Of a DNA stretch of 64,000 bases, positions 27,413 to 38,946 are shown in pieces. Position 1 is the stretch's first letter; every line of letters starts with the position of its first letter. Origin of the DNA: Parasitella parasitica NRRL 2501 (taxonomy: Eukaryota > Fungi > Mucoromycota); the NCBI GenBank assembly GCA_025201805.1, contig MU619242.1:181323-245322 (forward strand), written 5' to 3'. The notes below the pieces were generated by a model that did not search any database, was not told where the DNA came from, and worked only from the letters and a program-made list of their open reading frames with translations. The translations under genes and the position numbers were made by a program.

Positions 27413-28136
27413 ATGCGTTCCTTTCTCAAGGCTTCTTTTTATCTGTGTACTTTTATACTCTGTTTAATCAATGCAACAAGCGCATCGTCTTCGTCGCGCA
27501 GACCAAATTTAAACAATGATATCGAGCTTACGAAGCAAAGTATAAAACGGAGAGCAAAAAGCTTTGATGAAAACCTAGCCGGTAAAGTTGCGTATTGCAT
27601 GTCGAGACTAAAACACACATGCACTCAACAGCTCTACATACTTAGCTTATTTTCAACCCTGCCCATACAAATTTAACGTTGCATCGAAATATAACAATAT
27701 GAAAAGACCTTATCCTTTTAGCGAGAAATTTTTTGAAACTAGAAATACTGAAATGGCAGTTACAGGTGCATAAGTAGCAGCTTATACATATGCGTGAAAA
27801 GCAATATTAAATACTGATATTTATATTACTTTTATATGTGTAGCTAAATGTCGTGAAACCTATCTTTCAGAGGATTTGGCTAAGGACATTGAAAAGTTAA
27901 TGCTTCATTATGATGATATCTCACCTGCGCAAAAGCTGATCGTTGATTATCGACTTAAGACAGGCTACTATAAGCCTATATTTGTTTCAAAGAAAGGATG
28001 GCCTCATGCTGATTTAGAAGAACTCGTATTGAAAGCCAGTACTGTGGCCTATGCCGTTTTCATTCTCAAAGGAATGTCAGCATTCCTTTATAAACATTTT
28101 TTCATTGACAACATACACATTGAAAATGAGCGGTAG
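27413..28136 (+). CDS. Small predicted secreted protein of unknown function, 3 exons
   Basis: Signal-peptide-like MRSFLKASFYLCTFILCLINATSA. Two phase-1 GT-AG introns (~27582-27646 and ~27767-27843) join three exons into one open frame ending at 28136. Confidence 0.65.
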
Positions 28137-28410
28137 TAGATAGCCGTATGCGTAGTTTAGAGATATAAAGCATATATCGCTTTGATATTTTACAATAAAT
28201 CGATTTAAATACATAATCTTGAATCACTTTTTTTTACTCACTCTGTGAAGAGCTATTTGGAAGTAATGGCTATAATAATTGCAATCGAAAGTGTATCAAT
28301 GATTAAAATGTACTCTTTATATTATGTAATAAATGGTAAAATTTTCAAAATGTATAATCTTTATGAAAACAGAAAGTGAAAAATTCTAGCCTCCAGGGCT
28401 AACCGTGATC

Positions 28411-31207
28411 TTACTGATGCTTATCAGCTTCAGCCATTTCACCAAGAAGATTTATAATGTCAGTGGGCGTTTCCACTTGCCAGTTTGCCATGCTCTTCTT
28501 CATTGTGGGGCCAACGGTGATTGTGTAAAGACTTGAGTTTGTATCATTCCAAGACTTTGCAGAGCTTCCGTCAGTTACGAGTTTGTCATGGTATCTGGCG
28601 AAATAGGTAGCCGAAAGAGTACGGAACATGTCTTCATCTGTCTTGTCATCGCCAGCACAAACAACGAAATCCGAATCTGGAGACTGAGCCATGATCTTCT
28701 TTACAATTTCGCCCTTATTGATCATCATGGGACGCACTTCCAAGTTCTTTTTTCCTACCAAAATTTCCACAGGCATCTTGGAAACTACAGAGCTTTCCAG
28801 ATGATTTTGACATTCCTTGGCTTGAAACAAGCCGTATTCCTCATCAGCCATACGATAGTGCCAGGTAATGGACGACTTTTTATGCTCCACAAAACTTCCC
28901 TCAGTTCGCTCGGTGTAATAGTCAAAAATTTCTGTAACATCCTTCTTCCAGCTCATGTCAATATTGTCCAAGACGTTTGTCCAATTATCAGATCCGGCAG
29001 CTTTGAGGAAGCAGCCGTGCTCAGCACTCATACCAAGATTTTTGATGTTCCCAAGCCAGTCTTCGAGACAAGCTTGATTGCGACCCGAGATAACCCAGAC
29101 TTCATTGCGAGGATCGTTACATAAATCTTGGATGTATTGCAGCATTTCAGGGAAGGGCTTAGCGTCGGTGGGCACAGAGACGATCGGAGTCAATGTACCG
29201 TCATAATCAAAAAACATAAGTCGCTTCTTGGCCTTCTTGTAGCTTTCGAAAAATTGCTGAGGATTCAAGGCAGGGGTGGATTGAGACTGGAGCGAGAAAT
29301 CCTTGGTGCTCTCAACCAGCTGTTTGACAAACGACTTTGCCCAAAAAGCAGCCGAATGCTCCTTGACATAGCTAAAAAGCTGGTTGTGGCGAGTCAACTT
29401 TTCTTCTGGACCCATCAACAACGCTTCATTCAAAGCTTTGGCAACACCGGCATAGTCAAAGGGATTCACAATCAAAGCAGCGCTTAGAGAGCCTGCAGTG
29501 CCGGTGAATTCAGATAGGATAAGGGGGCCATGTGTCTCTTGTTGACATATGATGTACTCTAACGAAGTAGTATTCATACCATCTCTCAAACTAGTAATTA
29601 AACCGACATCAGCAACAGATAACAAGGCATAATATTCATCGCGATCAACATCTTGATAATAATGATGGCAAGGAGAGAACTCGAGGCTGCCAAACTTTGA
29701 ATTGATATGGCTGACCATCTCAGATACCTTTGTTTCCAGCTTTGAATTGTCACCATAGGTAGGAGTAGTAACTTGGATCAGTACAACTTCCTTGCGCCAT
29801 TCAGGATACTCGGTCAAGAACTTTTCAAATGCGTGTAGTTTTTGAAGAACGCCCTTTGTAGAATCCAACTTGTCACGTCCGATAATAATCTTCTTACCAA
29901 TGTACATGTCACGGATAGCCTTCATTTTGGGAGCAACTGCAGGCTCCCTGCGGAATTGATCAACACGGTTAGCATCGATGCCAATTGGGAAAGTCCCAAC
30001 AGAGACAATATGTCCATTTACGTTGACTCCCGTTTGAGTTGATTCGCAACCGAGCACACGAGTACAAGCACCGATAAAATGTCTGGCGTACGAGTAGGTC
30101 TAAGGATATTTTAGCCAAATTCCATCCCTCTTTAGTTCCCCTTTCTCTTTCAATTATTTACCTGGAAGCCGACTAAATTAGCTCCTAAAAAGCCTTGAAG
30201 AATCTCTTTACGGGCTATTTTTAAACCATCAGTTTGAGAAAATAAAATAAAAAAAGATGTTTATGCAAACAAATACTTACTAGTTAAACAGCGAAAAATC
30301 TCAGAACTGGGAAAGGTAGCATGGAGGAATAAGCCAATTGGGGCGTCGGGGATCATTTCTCTCAACATCTCGGGAACCAGTAGCAAGTGATAATCATTAA
30401 TAAAAACTGTTATAGAGTTAGAATCTCTTTTTAATGAGTATGTAATAATAAGCAAATTACTTACTGACATCTCCAGCTTGGTAATTCTGAGCAATAATCT
30501 CGGCAAACTGACGATTCACCGCAACATAATCTTCCCAGTTTTGCTTTTCGGAGCTACTGTCGGAATCGTTACTCAACACAAGGTAATGGAACAAGGGCCA
30601 AAGAACTAGAGTTGCATTTTAATTAACCCTAGCTGTTGACAATGTATGTGCCAATATTCCTACCTTCTTTGCAGTAGCCTTCGTAATGACCTCGAGCTTT
30701 GCTATCCAGAAATACGGGGATAATGTTGCCTGTCTTGAACAAAAGACCCTCAATTTTAGCTCTATCGTCATCTGTCAAATCTTCTGCAGGAAGTATGACT
30801 TTGTTTGATTCATCCTTGATAGGGCCAGTCCAACCAATATGTAATGTTTGGTATTCATCGTTCAGGCTTTGCAGACCAGCGTTGAGAGCACCATGACCTC
30901 TATCTTGTACAATCAGCCATTCAGCGGCGCGAAATTTGGCACGCAAGGTACGAGTACGAACATGGTGGCGAGCCAGTTTAGAGACGGGAGCAGCAGCAAT
31001 TTCTGGGTCTTCAGTTTTACCACCAGGAGCAGCAGGCTTGGGAGGAGCGGCAGGCTGATCACTTACCACGGTTGAAACGTTACTGGATGATCTTGATATG
31101 TGAAAAGGGATTTGGTGTGTGACATTGATGATACGTCCCGAGATTTGGGGCATTCTTCCAGCCAAAGGCAAATAATCAGCGACTTTCTCTGCTGTTAATG
31201 GTGACAT
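28411..31207 (-). CDS. TPS2: Trehalose-6-phosphate synthase/phosphatase (GT20 + HAD phosphatase), Tps2-type
   Basis: INDYHLLLVP, IGLFLHATFPSSEIFRCL, GRDKLD, RDGMNTTSLEY, HAD motif FFDYDGTLTPIV, SAEHG and GDDKTDEDMF. Confidence 0.93.
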
Positions 31208-32533
31208 GTTGAATTAGTACAGTTGCTGTGGATGTTGGTTTTATAGCGAAGGAAAGTAAAAAAGAAAAAGATAGAAAGAAAAAAAAGAGATGCATTGTTA
31301 TAAATAACGATTTCAGCGGAAATGAAAAACATGTTGATTTGAGGCATCGCATGAACCCTTTCCATCACTCTGTTGTAATCTTCGGAAATATCCATAGCGT
31401 CATTCTATGTATTAGACACCCGCTATTTCTCGCTGCATGTCAAGAAGCAGTTGTAGACTTTGTTGTGGTGGAGTGCTCGATTAGATACTGATTGCTATGC
31501 ACCACTTTTATGCATGTTCGCATGTAGGATATAAATGACTATATTGCAATTTTCAAACGTGGCAAAAGCTATGTCATTATTGTTCTGTGTATTTTCATAT
31601 AAACACATTGAGTTTTGTAATATCTTGTGCAACACAATTCTTCCAGGAACTTATGTTGATCGATCTGTTGAGATAATCGAAAATTATGTCATCAACGTCA
31701 TACCATCCAAGTATGAATACGGTATAATTTAATCCAAAAATGAATACCAAATCATCAGCAACTAGTATATATCTGTATAAATTTTGTTTAAAAAGATGCT
31801 TTGTTGCGATTGTCACAATATTCTTCTAGAATAGTTTTACGACATGATGATATCACTTGTGTAATCAGATCTCATTTGGTGCTCAGTTTGAGGTTTTACA
31901 AGGGGAGTTATTTGTAGAAAGCGATAGTATACAAATTCCAGGACTCTTTTGAATATGCAAAAAAAACCAAATCGAATTTTAAATTACTTGAATATATATA
32001 GCGTTTGGTTCAAGTGTCATGTTAGTTATTCAATCTCAAGTTGCTTACGTCCGCTTGCATGATTTAAATCTTGTATACCCTGTGCAACAGCAAAATAAGC
32101 CTCCTTTCTTTGTGATTTTCCAATATACTTGCAGACCAACATTCAATTTGATAGATATCTTAATGATCACGGTCTCGTAAGCATATAAAATTGGCAATTA
32201 GCCAAACATCTTGTATCCCAAGAAAAAGTTATCCTGCCCAACATTTACGGGGTTTCATACCTTAATTTAATTTCACGAGCACGTACATCTATCATGTATC
32301 CATAATCTTATGGCTATCAATGTACGGTAATTCATCGTGCACCTTTTGTCACGCAGCTATAAGGTCACTCCATCAATATCATCTCTCATCCTCACAAGAT
32401 AGTTTAACTTTATTCTTGGTGCATACTTTAGACATTATCAAGCCTTTTTTATGTTTATATGTTTTTGCAATTAACACTTCTTGACGCCAGATGTGTATGA
32501 GAAGCGTATGTAAAATAATTTAAGTGTGTTTAT

Positions 32534-35372
32534 CTAATAGTGAGTGCTAGTGACATCTTCATTACCAGTAATGTCACCATATTCAAACATGCCACGTCTA
32601 CGCTTAATAGCCTCTTCTTGAGCAGCTTCAAGAGCTTTCACAATAGTTTCATTTCCACGGGCATAACGAACTTTAGGAGTGACAAATGCTTGACCTTCTT
32701 GGACCATATCTAAATTGACGCTTGCTTCGGCGCTGGTGGATTTAGCAAAATCATAGAGCGTGAGGCACATGACAGATCCTTCGCGAGCATCGACATTAGC
32801 AACCAATTGTTTATTACCAGTAAGGTGTCTGAAGCATTCAATAGCATCAATGCCATAGTCACTATCTCCTTCAGGAGATTGAACGAAGGATAATGTAGCT
32901 TCGAGAGCTTGGGCTCTGAGTTGCTTGAAGTTTTCAGGCAGAGCGCGAACACGAGATGACGGTAAAATCTCTGCATTGCCGTAATCAATGTACAGAACTT
33001 CGATACCCTCATGAGAGATGCGACGAACTCTTCCTCTGTACCAGCAATTGTCTTCAGTAAACTTCGCACTGACATTGTCACCAACACGAGGTTTAAAAGC
33101 AGGATCGGCAGGGCGTCCATTTTGATGCTGACCCAACTCAGCCATCAATTTCTCCAACTTGGGAATATCGTCAGTTACCTTTTGCACGTAGAAGTGAGAG
33201 CCGGTCATGATCTCAGAAACTACGATATCAATGTATTCACGATTGGGCCCAGCGTTAGTCGACGCTTGATCCTCGACAGCCTCCTCTTTATAATCAGCCC
33301 AGATACCCTTCTTTTCAGTCTTGGCTTCACGCTCGGCGCTATAGAGTTGATTAACATAGTGAGACTCGTCAGCGGAGTACTCATGGATATTGGCAAGGCC
33401 GTGTGCTAATAGAGAAACAGCCAAGTTTTCACCATTGACAAACATAGAACCGATAAAGCTACCAACTTTGTCAACATTCTCAACCTCAATTTCAACATCG
33501 TGTTGCAGGCATTTTTGAGAGATGAAATCTAAAGACTCTTGACCGTAGGGCTCGGATTTATCGTTAGCACTGCGACCTACACGAGGAGCGCGAACACCAG
33601 ACAAGACAAAGGTAAGTCTGCAGTTTTCCTTTGGGACCCAAACAAACATACGAGAGCCGTTGGCGACAAAATCAACCACAGCATGAACTTTGCCACTACG
33701 CTTTAAGAAGGTCAAGAATTGGCGAGATTTAGCAGCGCTTTCAGAAGCATCCGTGATTCTAACAACAGGTTGTTCGTTGGGGCTATGTATACCCTTCTTT
33801 TCTTCTTCGGCTTTCTTTTCAGCAACCAAAAGTGCATCGTAGCAATGAGAACGATTATCATCGTCCTTACGATGACGGACCACAGTAGCAAGGCCACGAA
33901 CAATCAATTGCTCTGCAATGTTGTGATTACTAGCGATGACAGTTGCACAATCTCTAGCCTCGAAACCTTCTTGAGCAGGCTTGTTATAATCGATGATTAT
34001 GTGTGCGTTCTTTCCCACCAATTTCTTTCTCAAAAACTCGCGAGCTTCGAATTGATAACCAACTTCCTTGATATCTCGAGATTTGGAATTAGGAATAGTG
34101 GAGCCAGCGCCACGGGGAGCTTGCTTGACGCTGGATAATTGAAGTTTTCTTTCAGGGCCGCTATTTTTTGGCTTGACAATGATCATATCGCCCGTCAGGA
34201 TACGGACAACAGTAGCATCAAACTCTGTGGCGTTAGTATCAACCTTTTTTGCAACAAAATCGTGCCAGAGGCGAAGCTTCTTTTCTTTGGCGACTTTTTC
34301 TGCGTTTCTCAAAGGAGCAGGACCACTGGTCGCCAAGGTGATGCTCCAATCGACACATTTGGCCAAACCTTGAGAGAGCAATAATTCAGCAATATTGCCA
34401 GCAGGATGCTGAATAGAACCAACAAAGTTTTGTCCACCGGATTGAGAAAGACCCTCCAAGATAACCTTTACACCACGCTGTAAAAGGCGAGATTCAACAA
34501 AGAATTTACATTCCTCTCCGTATAGCTCGGACACCGAGGTATCGTCAGCAGGAGCATTGTCTCGTTTACAGGCAGGTGCTTTGATACCGGACAAATGCAA
34601 GGTAACATATTGTTGTGTCTGATCGGGCAAAATCAATAAGATGCGGAAGGTAGCTCCATCGCGAACCTGTTCGATAACAGCTGTCGATAGCGTATATGGC
34701 ATTAGTTGCAATGTGGAGGTGATTTCGTTTTGTTTATATGTTACCATCCAAGGTTTTGCCCTTGTACTTGCTCAAAAAGGCATGTGCATCACGATCAAAA
34801 GAAAAGGATACCTCACGAGTGCCCTATGTCGCTCTGTAAGTATTTACATCCCATTTACTCCTGAATTTTGCAAGTTACCTTTTCGCTGTCATTCCACATG
34901 CCCACTTTAGCGTCTTGAGCTTCTTTTTGCAACTGCTCTAATTTCTCGAGAGTTTCTTCTTGGTCCTCACGAGTAGTCTTACCACCCTCACGTACTTTTA
35001 ACCAGCCAGCCTTAACGCCCAATTCAGCAACATTGTCACCGTTTGCTAAAAAGATATTACCGTATTCACGTTGTGTAGTAGGGATGGTATAATCTGATAC
35101 AAAAGACACTTCTTTTCCAACTACTAATTTTCTGAGAAACTCACGAGCACCATAACCAAAGGGCTGCAGCAACAGAGGGCATCAGTACGTCTTTAGTTGT
35201 TCATTCATATTACGTTTACCTCGTCAGAACGTGTTGTGTTTCCAAGTCTCGGTGCTTGAACATTGGATAAAGCTAAAAGTCTCTCAGCGGGAGGACCATT
35301 AGATCTAGGCTTTCCTCTCAAGATAACAGTATCACCAGACAAGACATTTTTCACAACAGCTTTGTTCACCAT
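32534..35372 (-). CDS. SND1: Tudor staphylococcal nuclease (4 SNase domains + Tudor), multi-exon
   Basis: VKNVLSGDTVILRG...GPP.ER.L.LS, AREFLRK repeats, VRDGAT and Tudor segment AKFTEDNCWYRGRV...VLYIDYGN. ATG at 35372. Confidence 0.95.
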
Positions 35373-36433
35373 AATTTATATTTCCAAAAAGAAAGAAGGA
35401 AGGAAGGAAGGAGATAAAAAAAAAAGGCGCGAGATTAGTAACTCTTATTTATTCGTTGCGGCGCCAATGCAACTTTATTTGAAGGTCCAAAAAAACGTAA
35501 AGTGTTCGTAGATCATGGATTCACGAAAAGGGATTGTTTGCATGCATTAGAAGCCTATCATATTCATTTTGCACATTGTCAACAGAGTAACCTTATAACC
35601 CAATTATTGATCCAAGATTTGAGCTACTTCCTTGCACTATATCCTGATCAACTTGGGGATAAGCTTTGCATTGGTGGTCAGTATCTATTTTTCAACTTTC
35701 ATTGTCTAGAGCAAAGAAGATCATGACATTGATAGCAAATAATAATAGCGATCAAGGCATCGAATATTAATGGCTGAGATTGTTGAAACATCTCTACGCA
35801 TACGGTTCTGAATAGCTCAATTCAAAAGCGAGTTAAACATGCTCTAGTTCTGAAAATAGTCGATAAAGAAGGCATCCACGGTAATATGCAATTGTCGACT
35901 TTTCAAGATGTTCCTATCGATTGGTTGCGCACAGACGACATTTATTTATTAACGTCTGATTCATTCAGAAAACCTCTTAAACATTCAATCTTCAAAACAT
36001 CTGCTCACGTTTTACTCTCCTTTTTTTTTTTTTTTTTCAGTATGTCGTGGTAATTTTACAATATCACAATAACTCAACGAATTGCGGGTTTGCAAGGGCA
36101 TTGCATTTTGCCATTGTATTTGCGCAATGTCAATCTTTTCTTCAATTTCAACTTTGACCCTCCGTTTTGCACTGACGTTGATCTATATCTTCACACTCTT
36201 GCATTTTTCTTAGAGTGATTCAGTAAAAGAAATCGCCATCATACGATTGTTGCATATATCCAATATATATATATATATTTATATATTTCGTGATGCATGG
36301 TAGCTTAATCATTTTGGAGCAAGGTCGTATCCTTGTTGTTTGATAGATGTGGGCACCTTGGTTCACATTAAATAACGCACCCTTTTAATCAGCTTATAAT
36401 TAATGTACAATATCTTTTACCTCTTGTTTATTA

Positions 36434-38140
36434 TTTAAAATATCAAATACCATCTAATCATGACCATTACCTTTTTCCCGCTTAAAGGCATAATCTACAA
36501 TCTCTAATATCTTTGCAAATTACTAAGCGATAGAGATACAACTTTCAGCCAAAATCTTCTTTTTTTCCACCAATCTATAACATATCCGAGTCTCATTTAC
36601 CTCTGGGCATTTTTCAGATTTTGCTATGTTTGGTCCCCAAACCTCAGATTCGATTTTCAGTTTTCAACTTTGGGTTGATCTTCAGGGTCATTTTTAGGTA
36701 CGGATTTGAGGTCCAAACTAAGAATACAGGCTAATACTAGTATGATGACTGTACCTCAATAAGTCTTCCGATTCGAGATATCTATCTTTGCTGTCGAGAT
36801 ATTGCCAAAACTAAATTTTGCAGATTTTGCAGATTTTTCAGCATATGTTCCTATAACAAGCACTATATTTTTCAATTAAACCCTGTTTAGGATCCTAAGT
36901 AAAGTAGTAAAGCACGTTTTGGTACACCTACTAGTATTATATATGTCGTAGTAAGGCTCGAATTCGACAAGCATGAGCCAATTTAATGATTTTACATTAA
37001 ACTTTGTCTCCCTGTTTCTCAACAAACTACCAAGACACTTTGGCTTGATTGATTATTAAAATCTGTTTGAAACTTTACTCTCTACTAACTGTGTTAGTTT
37101 TAGATAGATAGGTAGAAAAAAATATTTTTTCGTATGTTTTTAGCAGAGGCTTGATTTATTTTCATAACTTTCAAAGCAATAGGTAGTATTTAAAGATACA
37201 TAATATAGCAATGAAAACATAAAGCTGCAAAATAGCTACCAGATTATATTAGTTTGGTTGAAAAATACAGATTTTTGAGCGAGATAATGGCAAAAAACAG
37301 TATGGTTTTTTACCCTTTTGAACAGCTCCATTTTGGCCCTGTAAGTCTAGGGACGAAAATTCGTACTTTCATTTTGGTCGAGACAAGATTTTGATTTTTG
37401 GCAGAACTAAAGAAGATACAATTGTGAATAAAATATCAATAGGTAGGTATTGATATGATGAATTATTTGGTCCGGTTTATAGAGCTGAAATTGCTCAAAA
37501 TATGTTTGCTTTTACTTAAAAACTATCAAAAATGGCGTTTTTTGTATATTTGAAAATTGGTAATAATAAAAAGTGTTTTTATAGTCTTGTAATTTATATG
37601 GTTGTATGCAAAATTTATTCTTTGTCATAAAACACTTAGTACGCATATCCGATATACCCATTGCATTTATGAGATATCTAGCAATAAACTATTCAAAAAA
37701 AAGCTCGAAACTGGTTTGGGTCAAATGGAAACACAGTGCTGAGATTCAATCTACAGCCTATTTTTTTTTCGCTGTAAATGAGTGCACCACCTATTTTCAA
37801 TTGAAGAGTAAAGCATGATTTTACTAGGTATTTTGGGGATGTCTCGATATCAATCGTTAGCTGAGATGCTGTATAATACGGGCTCAAAAATCATATTTGT
37901 GTACCTTTATTTTTGGATGAAATAATTACCACCAAATCTGAAATATTACCTTTTCCTCCGCTTAAAAAGACCCATAATGCAATCTTTGATATCTTTGTAG
38001 ACTATTAAGCGATAGAGACACAACCTTCAGCCAAAATCTTCTTTTTTGCACCATTCTATAACACATCTGAGTATCATGCATCTTTGAGCATTTTTTGGAT
38101 TTTGCGATGTTGGGACCCCAAACCTCTTACTCGATTTAAA
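36434..38140 (+). repeat. Non-coding ~1.48-kb repeat unit, copy B (one full unit plus a diverged head-to-tail partial unit)
   Basis: The ccgcttaaa anchor at 36478 recurs at 37958 (period 1480). 37921-38140 is a diverged direct copy of ~36440-36660. The locus has inverted homology to 646-2263. No long ORF. Confidence 0.9.
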
Positions 38141-38946
38141 ATGTATGTGAAGAAAAAGATTTTTTTTTTTCATACGTTTCTGGAGAGCGCTGACAAAACT
38201 CATCATTTTGAGGCGATGAAGGATGTATTGAATAGAATGGTCAAGACAAACAAATTTCAGTAAAGAATACAATCAATTGGTTTTTGTTTTGTCTCAAAAA
38301 CACCGTTTATGTAAGTGTGTGGGACAAGTAGCCTTTCATGGGATCCTTGTGCCAGATTTAAAGATTTTCCAAAGTCAGGATTATCATTTTGACATTTGTA
38401 AGCTTGATAACGCATAATATATTGTCAAATCGGAAACTAGGGGAGGACAATACATTGGAATACTTCTAGTTAATGGAATGAATTTGAGGACAAAATTTAT
38501 TATTCAGGATGCAGTTGAGATTTTTTTTTTTATCTCAAGTGTTAATTCTCTACTTTTTTCTACCAATGTACTTGCCAAATAAGACAGATCGACTTGCATC
38601 AACGATGAGCATGGGCCTGTAGAAAAGGTTAAAGAGTCACTTTCACTTCGAGCCACTGCAAAATTACGCTGTGAGTCAATGAAAAACCAGAAAAAAAAAA
38701 AAAAAGAAACCATGTAAATTCCTTCACCCTTGACAGCACTCTCTCCCCTTTTCTTCTTTTTTTTCTTCGTTCCTCTTTGCATCTAAATTATTCAATATAC
38801 CTATAACTCCAGCGCTTGATTTTCTAGCTGCTGTGTTAATTTAGAATAGAGATTTTTTTTCGCTTTAACTTTGATCGTATTTACAGCAAATTGACGAGCA
38901 CACTTTTGAATCCATCCAACTCGACGTTTTCTTCAATTCAATAATC

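Noticed and set aside
28588-34384. Antisense and alternate-frame ORFs of 100-180 aa over TPS2 and SND1 (similar ones over RPO41, CDC6 and CSL)
   Set aside because: Shadow ORFs of real coding sequence with no recognisable motifs.
36895-36975. B-box-like GGCTCGAATTC in the repeat core, suggesting a tRNA or SINE head
   Set aside because: No cloverleaf, acceptor stem or convincing A box could be built by eye, and no 5S rRNA similarity was seen.
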